The notes beneath the pieces were generated by a model, which worked only from the letters and a program-made list of their open reading frames with translations, did not search any database and was not told the origin of the DNA. Positions 51,213-59,709 of a DNA stretch of 64,000 nt are shown here, in pieces. The position numbers were made by a program, and so were the translations under genes. Numbering within the stretch: position 1 is the stretch's first letter; every line of letters starts with the position of its first letter. The DNA comes from a virus (taxonomy: Duplodnaviria > Caudoviricetes): positions 96,001 through 160,000 of the IMG/VR virus record IMGVR_UViG_3300033273_000833. One strand, given 5' to 3'.

Positions 51213-51265
51213 TTGCAAGAAAACCCTATCCATTTTTGCAAGACGTTGAACCATAGGCATTTATA
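51189..51265 (+). repeat. Element pair D (degenerate): D1 (51189-51217), 19 bp gap, D2 (51237-51265)
   Basis: CATAAAGACTTGT-gct-TCAATTAATTGCA; TGCAAGACGTTGA-acc-ATAGGCATTTATA. Confidence 0.6.
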
Positions 51266-51381
51266 AAATCAAAACTATACAGACAAAAATTAAAATCGAA
51301 TTTACTGAAAAAAAAGGTTGACTTTACTTAAAAAAATGTCATACTTATAGGTATAGATTAACTTAACAAAGGAATATTATT

Positions 51382-51789
51382 ATGGGATTAGATCAGTCAG
51401 CATACGCAACTAAAGACAATCAACACGAAGATATAGCTACATGGAGAAAGCATAACAGGCTTCAAGGTTGGATGGAAGACTTATGGGAGCACAAAGGTAG
51501 ACCAAACTTTAACAAAGCAGACGCTACTCCGATGGGCGACTTCAACTGCATACCCGTAGAACTAACTCTCGAAGACATTGATTCACTAGAATATGCAATC
51601 AACAACTTTGAGCTACCCGAAACAGGTGGATTCTTTTTCGGCAATGATTCTTATTTTTGGACAGATGAAGAAGGTAATCCTTATCCCGATAATCATTACT
51701 ACTACAAAGACAATGATCTTTATTTCATCAAGAAGGCTCGTGATCTAATCAACAAAGGTTGGAAAGTATTCTACGACTCTTGGTGGTAA
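51382..51789 (+). CDS. Conserved phage protein (MGLD...WRKHN family)
   Basis: MGLDQSAY, WRKHNRLQGWM, LP.T.GFFFG, FYDSWW. Confidence 0.7.
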   Translation: MGLDQSAYATKDNQHEDIATWRKHNRLQGWMEDLWEHKGRPNFNKADATPMGDFNCIPVELTLEDIDSLEYAINNFELPETGGFFFGNDSYFWTDEEGNPYPDNHYYYKDNDLYFIKKARDLINKGWKVFYDSWW

Positions 51790-51833
51790 AAAAACTCTTG
51801 ACATAACAACTTTAATTTTATAGAATTTATATT

Positions 51834-52499
51834 ATGATTAAAGCACTAAAATCATTCGATGACTTAAAATTCGGTCCTCATCCTCACGCAAAAGACATGG
51901 GAGTTGTAGCAAGTCTAACTCTTGACAATGGCTACGCTTTTAGCGTTGTCGCCAATACTGAAGGCGGTAATCTGTTTTACGGCAATCATCCCGATAACTA
52001 TGAGGTTGCAGTATTTAATCCAGCAGGTCAATTCGTTCCTCTCTCTGTTTCGGACGATGTAATTGGTTGGCAACCTCCACATCAAATCACTTCATTAATG
52101 CATCAATTTGAGATTGACGGATTTCTTCATGAAAAATTACTCGTTGATCTTCGATCAGAATTCAATGAAAAAGTACTAGCGGAGCAAGAAGCAAGATTTA
52201 ACGCTTGACTTTTAATCAATCTTATACTATACTTATATCATAACAATCAGATAAACTAAACTATGACAAAAAAACAAAAACAAGCACTAAGTAAGGTTAA
52301 AACCTATACTCCTCATAATGTCAACAATCGTGACGAAAAGATTTGGTTCACATATGTTAACAAGAACAGAGTTCCCGTCTCTGCTTACTACGATACAACT
52401 AACGGATCATTCGTATCAGTTGTCAAGGGTTCTCAGTACAATGGCATCGCATTCCGTAAGGGCGTCGCCAAGAGAGTAATCTCAAAGATTCTTGGGTAA
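51834..52499 (+). other. Two early hypothetical ORFs (51834-52208, 52263-52499)
   Basis: Each has its own sigma70 promoter (51798, 52205). Confidence 0.65.
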
Positions 52500-52600
52500 T
52501 GGAACTACTATTTTTCACTCCGTGGATATTCGTATTTTATATGATGTTCTCGGATTTGTTAAGTGAGGATTCATAGTCGTTTATATCTTAGGTCAACTAC

Positions 52601-52634
52601 AAGCCCGCTAGCCTAAAAACTAGCGGGTTTTTTT
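52601..52634 (+). terminator. Intrinsic terminator at the convergence point
   Basis: AAGCCCGCTAG-loop-CTAGCGGGTTT followed by a T tract. Confidence 0.88.
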
Positions 52635-52745
52635 GTAAATAGGCAAATAGGCCAAATATAGATAAATAGGAGAGAATTTCGAGCGGTTTTCGAACTAACC
52701 AATTCAACTAAAAAGTTGTAAAATTCTTTTTTGCCTCCCCAGTTT

Positions 52746-52774
52746 CGCAATTATATGATAATCAACGACTTACT
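52746..52774 (+). repeat. 29-bp palindromic element, copy E
   Basis: CGCAATTATATGA-taa-TCAACGACTTACT. Confidence 0.9.
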
Positions 52775-52925
52775 GACTAGATAAGATCGGGGCTTTTGTT
52801 TTTTTGCTGAGCTTGCGGGCTATACGCATGGCGTTCGCGTGGCTCGTGGCGTTGTCTACTAGCTTGCCAAAAAGTCTGATATCAAACCAATTGGTAAAGT
52901 TTGGGTTTTTGTCTACATTTATCAT
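52770..52925 (-). CDS. 51-aa hypothetical protein (not in track), paralog of 55638-55814
   Basis: MINVDKNPNFTNWFDIRLFGKLVDNATSHANAMRIARKL... Confidence 0.65.
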   Translation of the reverse strand: MINVDKNPNFTNWFDIRLFGKLVDNATSHANAMRIARKLSKKTKAPILSSQ

Positions 52926-52929
52926 AGTA

Positions 52930-53542
52930 TTATGCAAAGAATGGATGAAGCCTTACATCCGAAAAGCGGATGCCAACCTTGCGGTTGGTGCGATACGGGC
53001 GAACCATTGCGATTCTTCCGAGATCTTCATGATCTGTTGGTTTGATAAACTCGAAGAGTTTGCCGTCGCGTGAAATGAGCAAATCGCCCTTTTTGAATTG
53101 ATCTCCGTAAGCCATAATTTTTTAGTGTTGAGTTACTACATTGAAACGAGGAGAGTTGAGATTCTCTTCTCTTTTGATTGTTCTAAGGTGTGAAAGACTT
53201 GAGGCAGTCCGAACCCGTGGGTAATCGGTTCCTGTGTCGAAGATCTTAACAGACCAATGCGTTGACCATTTTTTGATTCTAACTTGTATTTTATCGTTTA
53301 ACATATTATTACTATAAGAAATTTTTTTTGAAATTGCAAGAAAAAAGTGATTTTTTTCACTCCCATTCGGAGTGAAAGCCCCAATCAATGTCGGGCTGTT
53401 CCTCAAAGTCGAGGAGGGCAACCTTATCTTGAAGGTCGCCGATTTCGTTGCGGATCGCAACGCGATCAGCGGAAGTGAGAACGGAGTCCGCAAGGACTTC
53501 GTGGAGGAGAGAGATTTTGTCGAGCATTTCAGTTTTAGTCAT
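52930..53542 (-). other. Three minus-strand early ORFs (52930-53115, 53122-53304, 53357-53542)
   Basis: Minus-strand promoters with -35 at 53334-53339 and 53606-53611. Confidence 0.65.
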
Positions 53543-53645
53543 ATCTTTTTTTTGGTTAAATTGTTTATCTTAGTATATGTATAACATAGCACAGAAAAGG
53601 GCAAAAGTCAAGTTTTTTTTGAAAAAAGATTCGATTATTTTTTTG

Positions 53646-53702
53646 CACAATTATATTTTTGCCTAGCCAGATTTGCAATTATCTGACTTTCAACGACTTA
53701 GA
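53646..53702 (+). repeat. Half-site CACAATT plus full element F (53674-53702)
   Basis: TGCAATTATCTGA-ctt-TCAACGACTTAGA; half-site starts 28 bp upstream. Confidence 0.85.
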
Positions 53703-54006
53703 AGACAAGAGGATCGGGCAATGAATTAGGAGCCGCGAACCAATCGTTTGCGTCAATTACTTCGCCGTTTAGTACAGGCTCGAATTTGAATTGAGAAACA
53801 TTTGCATTGGCTATGCCGTTGACGCGTTCGCGTGTGGTCGGAGTATTCCAGCCCGCAAGTGACCAACGCACAAGCCCGTCGGCGTCACGCTTTACAATTG
53901 CGTTGCCATGTAGCCAAACGGTTTGCCCGTCTGTCTCGGTGTTTCCGACTTTTAAGGATGTGCCAGCATTGAAGGCGTTTCTTATTTGTTCTGTAACTTT
54001 TCTCAT
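53698..54006 (-). CDS. Conserved phage hypothetical protein
   Basis: MRKVTEQI..AF..G..LKVGNT, LHGNAI, AGWNTPTTRERVNG. Confidence 0.75.
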   Translation of the reverse strand: MRKVTEQIRNAFNAGTSLKVGNTETDGQTVWLHGNAIVKRDADGLVRWSLAGWNTPTTRERVNGIANANVSQFKFEPVLNGEVIDANDWFAAPNSLPDPLVF

Positions 54007-54033
54007 ATCTTTATTATTAATGATTTTGTGTGA

Positions 54034-54487
54034 TTATGCAAGCGGAAAAAAGGAAAAAAAGAGTTTTTGTGCAAGTAAATTTTGTGCCCGCTCTTCGGCT
54101 TCTTCTTCTTGCTGTTCTAGTTTCTCAAGATCAATTTCTGCCTGAATTACTTTTATTTGAGATTGGATGTGTCCAGCGTTTGCATCGAAGACATGATCTT
54201 TGATAAGTTGCTCTAGTTTACTGATTTCTTTTTTTATGTTCATGATATAACTATAAGAAAATTTTTATTTAATTGCAAGCTAAAAAGAAAGTTTTTTACG
54301 CAACCCACTCGACAAGCTCGAACTTGCGAGGCAAGCCAAACTTTGCGAGATCTTTGTTTAAGTCTTCAATGGATGCGTGGTGCTCGCATTTCATCATTAC
54401 ATTACGCTCGACGACTTCGCCGCTTTTGCGATCAATTATATTTACTTTGGCGATGAAGCCGTTTACTTGTTTATCATTTTTAATCAT
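54034..54487 (-). other. Two minus-strand early ORFs (54034-54243, 54296-54487)
   Basis: Leaderless-type promoters with -35 at 54273-54278 and 54516-54521. Confidence 0.65.
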
Positions 54488-54545
54488 ACCTTACTATCGC
54501 ATAAAAAACGCAAAAAGTCAAGAAAAACTTTCGACTATTTTTTTG

Positions 54546-54602
54546 CACAATTCTACTTTTGGTAGGCTAGTCTCGCAATTAGCTGACTAGCAGTAACTTA
54601 GG
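54546..54602 (+). repeat. Half-site CACAATT plus full element G (54574-54602)
   Basis: CGCAATTAGCTGA-cta-GCAGTAACTTAGG; half-site starts 28 bp upstream. Confidence 0.8.
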
Positions 54603-55448
54603 TAATCGTCTATATCGTCGAAGTTTGCATATGCAAAAGGTGTGCTTCGCTGTCTTGTACCACTATTATAGGCAGATTGTGCATCTTCTAGTATTCCAAG
54701 CTTCTTGAGATAGGATATTGCACCTTTATCGTAGAATGGCACACCATGGTAGCCTAGCGTCCAGGCGAAGTCAATTGCTTTGTCGGGGTCATCATCTAAG
54801 TAGGCATCCTTGGCGATCTTGCCTGATTCTCTCATTTTAGATTCTAATTTTGTATAGCTCATTACTTAGCCTTTCTTTCTTTGTAGATTACTGCTTGGTA
54901 TGCCTTGCGAGCTTCTTGCACTGCATGGAGAGCGTCGAGGATTGCCATGCCTTGGGTGATGGTCAAGGTTTGGTCGCCTTCGGTGTTGGTTGACTCGGCA
55001 AGGAAGTTGAGGTTACCCTCGGCTTTAGATAGGGCAAGCCCTAGGTCGAGCTTGCTACGAAACTTGTCGATTGTTGTAGTTGTAGTTGTAGTTGTCATAT
55101 GTGTTATATACTAAGGTAGTTGATGTTAAAAGTCAAGCATTTCTTTCTACTGATTTCCATCCAAAAGCTTTTACTTTATCTTGATGGCGGGCTTGTGGCA
55201 ACATTGCCTTGAGTTCAGCAATGCGGGCGAGCTTCCAATCTATCTCGCTTTGATCCATTTTACCTTTCCACATTTGCATTTGTAGTTTGTCTAATCTTAT
55301 TTCTCTTTGTATTTGTTCTTCTGTCATATCTATAAACTAGCAATCTTTTCTTGTTTTGTCAAACTTTATTTTACTTTTTTTTAGCTATTACAAACTTAAG
55401 TAAAATCTTTTCTCTTTCAGTTAGTTGTGTTGTATCAATCTTTATCAT
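54587..55448 (-). other. Minus-strand early ORFs (54587-54862, 54862-55098 poly-Thr start, 55133-55327, short ORF starting at 55448)
   Basis: Promoters with -35 at 55131-55136, 55357-55362, 55478-55483. Confidence 0.65.
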
Positions 55449-55507
55449 ATATACAACATAGCAAAGAAATGCTAAAAAGTCAAGAAAAACTTTAAACTAT
55501 TTTATTG

Positions 55508-55564
55508 CACAATTCTACTTTTGCTAGAGCAATCGCACAATTATATGACTATAAGCAACTTACA
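55508..55564 (+). repeat. Half-site CACAATT plus full element H (55536-55564) between divergent promoters
   Basis: CACAATTATATGA-cta-TAAGCAACTTACA; half-site starts 28 bp upstream. Confidence 0.8.
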
Positions 55565-55637
55565 ACAAAGTGAAAAAAACTTTAATTTTTTTTAAAAAAC
55601 ACTTGACTTTTGCAGAAAAATTTCTTATATTTAGAGC

Positions 55638-55814
55638 ATGATTAAGATTGAGAAAAACGAAAACATTTCACGCTTTTGGAACATCTTCGCCTTCGGCAAG
55701 TTCGTCAAGGAGATCGAAGGGCGAGCCAAAGCATTCAGCTATGCCAAGGCTCTTGCACAAGAGAATGACCAAAAGTTTTTGGTCGATCACAAAAAAAGAA
55801 TCATTGAGGCTTGA
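55638..55814 (+). CDS. 58-aa hypothetical protein (not in track)
   Basis: MIKIEKNENISRFWNIFAFGKFVKEIEG...; 6 nt after TATATT of the promoter at 55603. Confidence 0.7.
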   Translation: MIKIEKNENISRFWNIFAFGKFVKEIEGRAKAFSYAKALAQENDQKFLVDHKKRIIEA

Positions 55815-55846
55815 CATTACAACCCAACTATACTAGATTATATACT

Positions 55847-56364
55847 ATGGATAACATCGAAAGAATTCGCCAAGCAGTAGAAAACGCCGAGCAAGGTTTC
55901 CGCCTCGCTCCTAGATTTGCATCATTGCAAGAAGAACTCCAAGAAGAGATTCAAGCTGAAGAGCTTGTAGTCAATCATGGTTTACTTCAAGCAAGTGATG
56001 ATGACATCAGAGAAGAACACGCTTCTCTTGATTCAGTCGAGTATGATATGGATGATGTCGATTATGACATGGACGAGAACGAGGTTGACATGACTTCTCT
56101 CAGTCCTGCAATGCGTGAGATCTTCGGAGAATGAAACAGCTACCTAAACGAAACAAGCGTGAGTCATCTTTCCGTTGGGTTATGTTCGGGCAAGCAGGTC
56201 AAGTCCTGTTTGCCCTGATCGACCCAAACAATTGGGTACTCAAGCCGAACTCTTATTTTGTCAGCGATTCATTCATTCAAGCGAATCTTGCGAGAGTCAA
56301 GAACATATCGAGACAAGTCGAAGGCAAGACAAAGGTTCTCATGCTACAGGATGGGGTGGCATAG
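55847..56364 (+). other. Two early ORFs (55847-56134 acidic; 56131-56364)
   Basis: Promoter TTGACA(55811)-17-TAGATT-7-ATG. Confidence 0.65.
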
Positions 56365-56458
56365 CACCCCCTACCCCCCTCCCGCGTTGCTCGCACGATG
56401 ACCCACCCCATTTTTCAAAAAAAATCGATGAGTGCTTTTTGAGAAAGTGGTGGGGGGT
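56363..56458. repeat. C-tracts plus imperfect inverted repeat (56401-56421 / 56436-56458)
   Basis: ACCCCCTACCCCCCTCCC; ACCCACCCCATTTTTCAAAAA versus TTTTTGAGAAAGTGGTGGGGGGT. Confidence 0.65.
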
Positions 56459-56549
56459 ACTATTTTTCAATATTTGCATTGTTTAAAATATTTTAAATTA
56501 TTTGCTTGAATAAAAAAATAACCGACCACTATTTGGTGTAAAGTAAAGT

Positions 56550-56744
56550 ATGAAAGAAATCGAGTTTTATAATGTAAAAAAGAAAGCTAAAGTTCAGATA
56601 GCCGCCGAACTAGTTGAAAAAAAACAGTATCAAACTACAACGAAGGCTGGCAAGCAAACTACTCGTTACGCCTTTAAAGCTGTAGACGAAGACGGAACTA
56701 AGCTTACGAAATTTTGCAGTAAGGCAGATTACGACAAACTTTAA
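56550..56744 (+). CDS. Small basic beta-sheet protein, possible Cc1/Cren7-like DNA-binding protein
   Basis: FYNVKKKAKV...RYAFKAVDEDGTKLTKF; 8 nt after GTGTAA. Confidence 0.55.
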   Translation: MKEIEFYNVKKKAKVQIAAELVEKKQYQTTTKAGKQTTRYAFKAVDEDGTKLTKFCSKADYDKL

Positions 56745-57328
56745 TGTTTTTTTACGAACTTAGTGATTTTCCTCAATTAACTGAGTTGGTCGAAAATTGG
56801 AAAACTATTAAAGAGGAAGCTTCGCACCTGAGCGGCTATAACTTAAACATTAATAGGGTTGATAAAGACCATGAAGTTGTTGCTGAAGAAATATTAAAAA
56901 AAATAAAATTAAATAAAAAAAATGGATGGGTTGATGGGTGGAATAACAAAGGCGAAATAAATAAAAGTTGGATTCAATATGGCTTAATAATTAATGATCA
57001 AGAAATACCGTGCAGTAATATGCCTAAAACTATAAAACTATTAAAAAAAATAAAAGGAATAAAAGTTGCGGCGCTAAATATACTAAAAAGTGAATCAATA
57101 TTAGGAACCCATACTCATCCAGAAATGATTACAGAGAAATTGGCGCAAATGCACATCTCTCTTGACGCACCAGAGCCGAAGCAATCATATCTTTGTATTA
57201 ATGGAGATTTTTTTGAACATAAAACTGGCAATTATGTAATATTTAACGGGGCCTATCCTCATTTTGCTATAAACGCAGGAAAAAAGGACAGAATGATTTT
57301 ATATTTAGAATTTAAAAAAAATAATTAG
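56744..57328 (+). CDS. Aspartyl/asparaginyl beta-hydroxylase-like 2OG-Fe(II) oxygenase
   Basis: PKTIKLL..I.GI..A.L.IL, HTHPE, MHISLDAP, YPHFAIN, RMILYL. Confidence 0.75.
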   Translation: MFFYELSDFPQLTELVENWKTIKEEASHLSGYNLNINRVDKDHEVVAEEILKKIKLNKKNGWVDGWNNKGEINKSWIQYGLIINDQEIPCSNMPKTIKLLKKIKGIKVAALNILKSESILGTHTHPEMITEKLAQMHISLDAPEPKQSYLCINGDFFEHKTGNYVIFNGAYPHFAINAGKKDRMILYLEFKKNN

Positions 57329-58611
57329 TATCTTTTTATTAATGCGTAAAAATCATTGCCGTTGGTAACTTGCCCGTAAAAATTGTAATCACCATTACTA
57401 TCTAACTTGGCCTGAAATTTATTGTTGACGCCGATGTAAACAACATCCTTGTGCGCAACGGCATCAAGCGTTCCCGTGGTAAATCTGCTGGATGAATGAT
57501 CGAAACCTGTAAATGTATCATCAGCTGGATTTATTGCTAAAATTGATTCTTTTTCCAATTGTCTGACATGCATCTCAAAAAAACTAGTATCCTTCTTTTC
57601 GAGCGTTCCGCCTCCCCCCATAGTCTCTAGAGTATAATTCACGCCACTGCTAGGTTGGGCGGCTTGCCCTCCGCCTCCACCTTTTGTTACTGCAAAATAA
57701 AAAGTGCGCACATTCCCGTCCGCTAGTGTCAGAGCGGGGTTTGGTTTAATATGGAGCTTGTCGTTTTCAAACTTAGCTACCCAATATTCTTCTTCTCTAT
57801 AACCAACTGGTACATAATTCGAGTCTAATTTATTCCAATTACCCATCATCACCCAAGGCTGGTGGAAACTTGCAGCCCCAGAAGCTCCAAGCACGTTGCA
57901 GTCTGAGAAATCTGTGTCGCTATTCCAACTTGCGACACTACCAGAGGCATCGGTTGGGCGGTGCATGTCTATTATATCTCCTTGAGGTAAATCAACTAAA
58001 TGAAAGTTTGCCAAGTCATTATTATAAGTGTTTCTACCTGATTGAGTTTGATTTGCAAAATCAATTTCTAGAACTTCTTCATGAGTGCTTCCTCCAGGCA
58101 GAGTACAGTAAACATATCCAATAATACCGCCTTCTCCGCCACTAGTTCGAGTGTCTTGGGTTGCGGATGCTTTTGTAAAGCGCATAAGGTTAATTTTGCC
58201 CGAGGTCGACTTGCTATGACTGGCTGTAACGACCCCAGCGTCAGTAAGGCTTAATGTTACCGTGAAAGACGAAGAGCTGTTCTGCGTTATAGTAGCCGTC
58301 ACAGAAGAACCAGGTATAAGCTCGACAGTCTCCATGCTGTATTGTGGATAACCGTTCGCAGCAAATGAAACAGGTTGAGCAACTATTATTTGAGTGTCTT
58401 TGTTGAAATCAGAAAATGTAGCGGTATTTGAGCCTTTAGTTAAAACAGTAGCGCTATCGATGTAGCCACCAGTCGAGCCGCCGCCACCTAAACCTCCTTC
58501 ATTTAAAGTTTTAATGCTGATTTTGTAATTTTGCGATTCATGCTCAATAGGTATATAGCCTCCTGTGGGAGCAACACCCGTTTCTGTAAGTTCTGAGATT
58601 TTCGAGCCCAT
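57325..58611 (-). CDS. Putative tail fibre/receptor-binding virion protein
   Basis: MGSKISELTE start typical of fibre anchors; Gly/Ser/Thr-rich with GGGG linkers; GTGTAA upstream. Confidence 0.55.
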   Translation of the reverse strand: MGSKISELTETGVAPTGGYIPIEHESQNYKISIKTLNEGGLGGGGSTGGYIDSATVLTKGSNTATFSDFNKDTQIIVAQPVSFAANGYPQYSMETVELIPGSSVTATITQNSSSSFTVTLSLTDAGVVTASHSKSTSGKINLMRFTKASATQDTRTSGGEGGIIGYVYCTLPGGSTHEEVLEIDFANQTQSGRNTYNNDLANFHLVDLPQGDIIDMHRPTDASGSVASWNSDTDFSDCNVLGASGAASFHQPWVMMGNWNKLDSNYVPVGYREEEYWVAKFENDKLHIKPNPALTLADGNVRTFYFAVTKGGGGGQAAQPSSGVNYTLETMGGGGTLEKKDTSFFEMHVRQLEKESILAINPADDTFTGFDHSSSRFTTGTLDAVAHKDVVYIGVNNKFQAKLDSNGDYNFYGQVTNGNDFYALIKRY

Positions 58612-58635
58612 AATTATTATATTATAATTACACTA

Positions 58636-59709
58636 TTATTCCAAATCTATTGTGTCTCCATTAGCTAGCAATAAACAACTATCATCAACTAGCTTTATGC
58701 ATGCGGAGTTCACTATAACTGTTCGAGTAACTTCATCGGCGGCAGCGCCTTCTAAATCAGTAACGTTATATGTAACTTCATAAGTCGCAGCTACAGAAGT
58801 GTCAACTGGATTATTTGTAACAATTCTACTTGTAATATCTCCATCTGCCGTATCAAATGCTGTGGCACCTGCATCAGTATAAATGGAATCATAATCTACA
58901 TTAACTTCAGCATCACCCAATAAAGTAATAACAGGAGGATTATTAATAATATTTACAATTCTATTTCCAGATACAGTTAACCCTCCAGAGTCAGTAACTT
59001 CATAATCTACAGTATATAATCCATTAGATCCAGTATTTACATTATTTGTTGTAATTATTGCGCTAGTCAAATCCCCGTCTTCAGGATCACTCGCTGTAGC
59101 TCCCGCATCACTGTAGACTACTCCATGAAAATGGTCTACGAAAGCGCTTCCAAGAATTGTTATGGTTGGCGGCTGATTCCATTCCACATTAACCGTCACC
59201 TCTAAACTATCTCTTCCAGCATAATTATCAGCAAAAACATTAAACACTATTTCAATAGTATCTCCAGCACTATAACCTAAATCACCTAAATTAATAGTAC
59301 CTTGCAATAATCCTGTATTAGAATTAAATGTAAGACCAGAAGGATAACTATTAGCAATATATAAAAATGGATGATTAATATCACCAGTCATATTATCAGC
59401 TACAATTTGATAAGAAAAATTAAATTCTCTACTATTAGTTTCAATATTAATAATTGAATCAGATGTTATAACAGGAAGTTCTGATTTAACTATTCCCCTA
59501 AATTCAGAAAACCGATAGGTTTTAGTGGTGCTCCCTTCAGGTGCTAGTAGCCCTACAGGAATAGCCTGACCATAATCATCAATCAAAACCTCATTCGGCA
59601 TCTTATATGGCGCGCTCCATCCAGCAATACTGGATGTACTAACTTTTTTAGAATTATTGTCTAAAAAACCACTAATTTCAGAAAACTTTATTTCCCCTTC
59701 TTCGAACAT
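58636..59709 (-). CDS. Ig-like repeat virion protein (He_PIG plus two DUF5011/HYR-like domains)
   Basis: PSGLTFNSNTGLLQGT; two PP.IT.LG...Y.DAGATA.D..DGD.TS.I repeats. Confidence 0.75.
   Translation of the reverse strand: MFEEGEIKFSEISGFLDNNSKKVSTSSIAGWSAPYKMPNEVLIDDYGQAIPVGLLAPEGSTTKTYRFSEFRGIVKSELPVITSDSIINIETNSREFNFSYQIVADNMTGDINHPFLYIANSYPSGLTFNSNTGLLQGTINLGDLGYSAGDTIEIVFNVFADNYAGRDSLEVTVNVEWNQPPTITILGSAFVDHFHGVVYSDAGATASDPEDGDLTSAIITTNNVNTGSNGLYTVDYEVTDSGGLTVSGNRIVNIINNPPVITLLGDAEVNVDYDSIYTDAGATAFDTADGDITSRIVTNNPVDTSVAATYEVTYNVTDLEGAAADEVTRTVIVNSACIKLVDDSCLLLANGDTIDLE

Larger units (their letters stand above)
12240..55839. promoter_or_regulatory. More than 35 host sigma70-type promoters (TTGACA/TTGACT/TTGCAA, 16-17 nt, TAnnnT/CATAAT)
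   Basis: -35 starts on + at 12240, 13526, 19119, 19527, 20029, 20851, 22186, 24003, 27521, 28619, 30423, 31546, 31836, 33311, 33750, 35426, 36405, 36748, 37627, 38915, 39515, 41901, 44172, 44476, 44948, 45459, 45838, 46467, 47051, 48001, 48858, 49022, 50070, 51318, 51798, 52205, 55603, 55811; seven more on -. Confidence 0.85.

Noticed and set aside
52698-52726. Partner element 19 bp upstream of copy E
   Set aside because: Only a weak CCAATTCAACTA left-arm resemblance and no right arm; too degenerate to count
46364-52774. XerC/D dif or pdif sites
   Set aside because: The left arm TTTCGCAATTA only loosely resembles XerC arms, the XerD arm TTATGTTAAAT is absent, and the geometry is 13-3-13 rather than 11-6-11
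46316-55564. CRISPR array (about 29-bp palindromic repeats)
   Set aside because: Spacing ranges from 19 bp to over 2 kb, the long spacers contain genes and promoters, the repeats are too divergent, and no cas genes are present
46316-55564. Classical integron attC array
   Set aside because: No GTTRRRY/RYYYAAC cores, no long attC hairpins, no IntI in the window, and the cassettes carry their own promoters; kept only as an analogy
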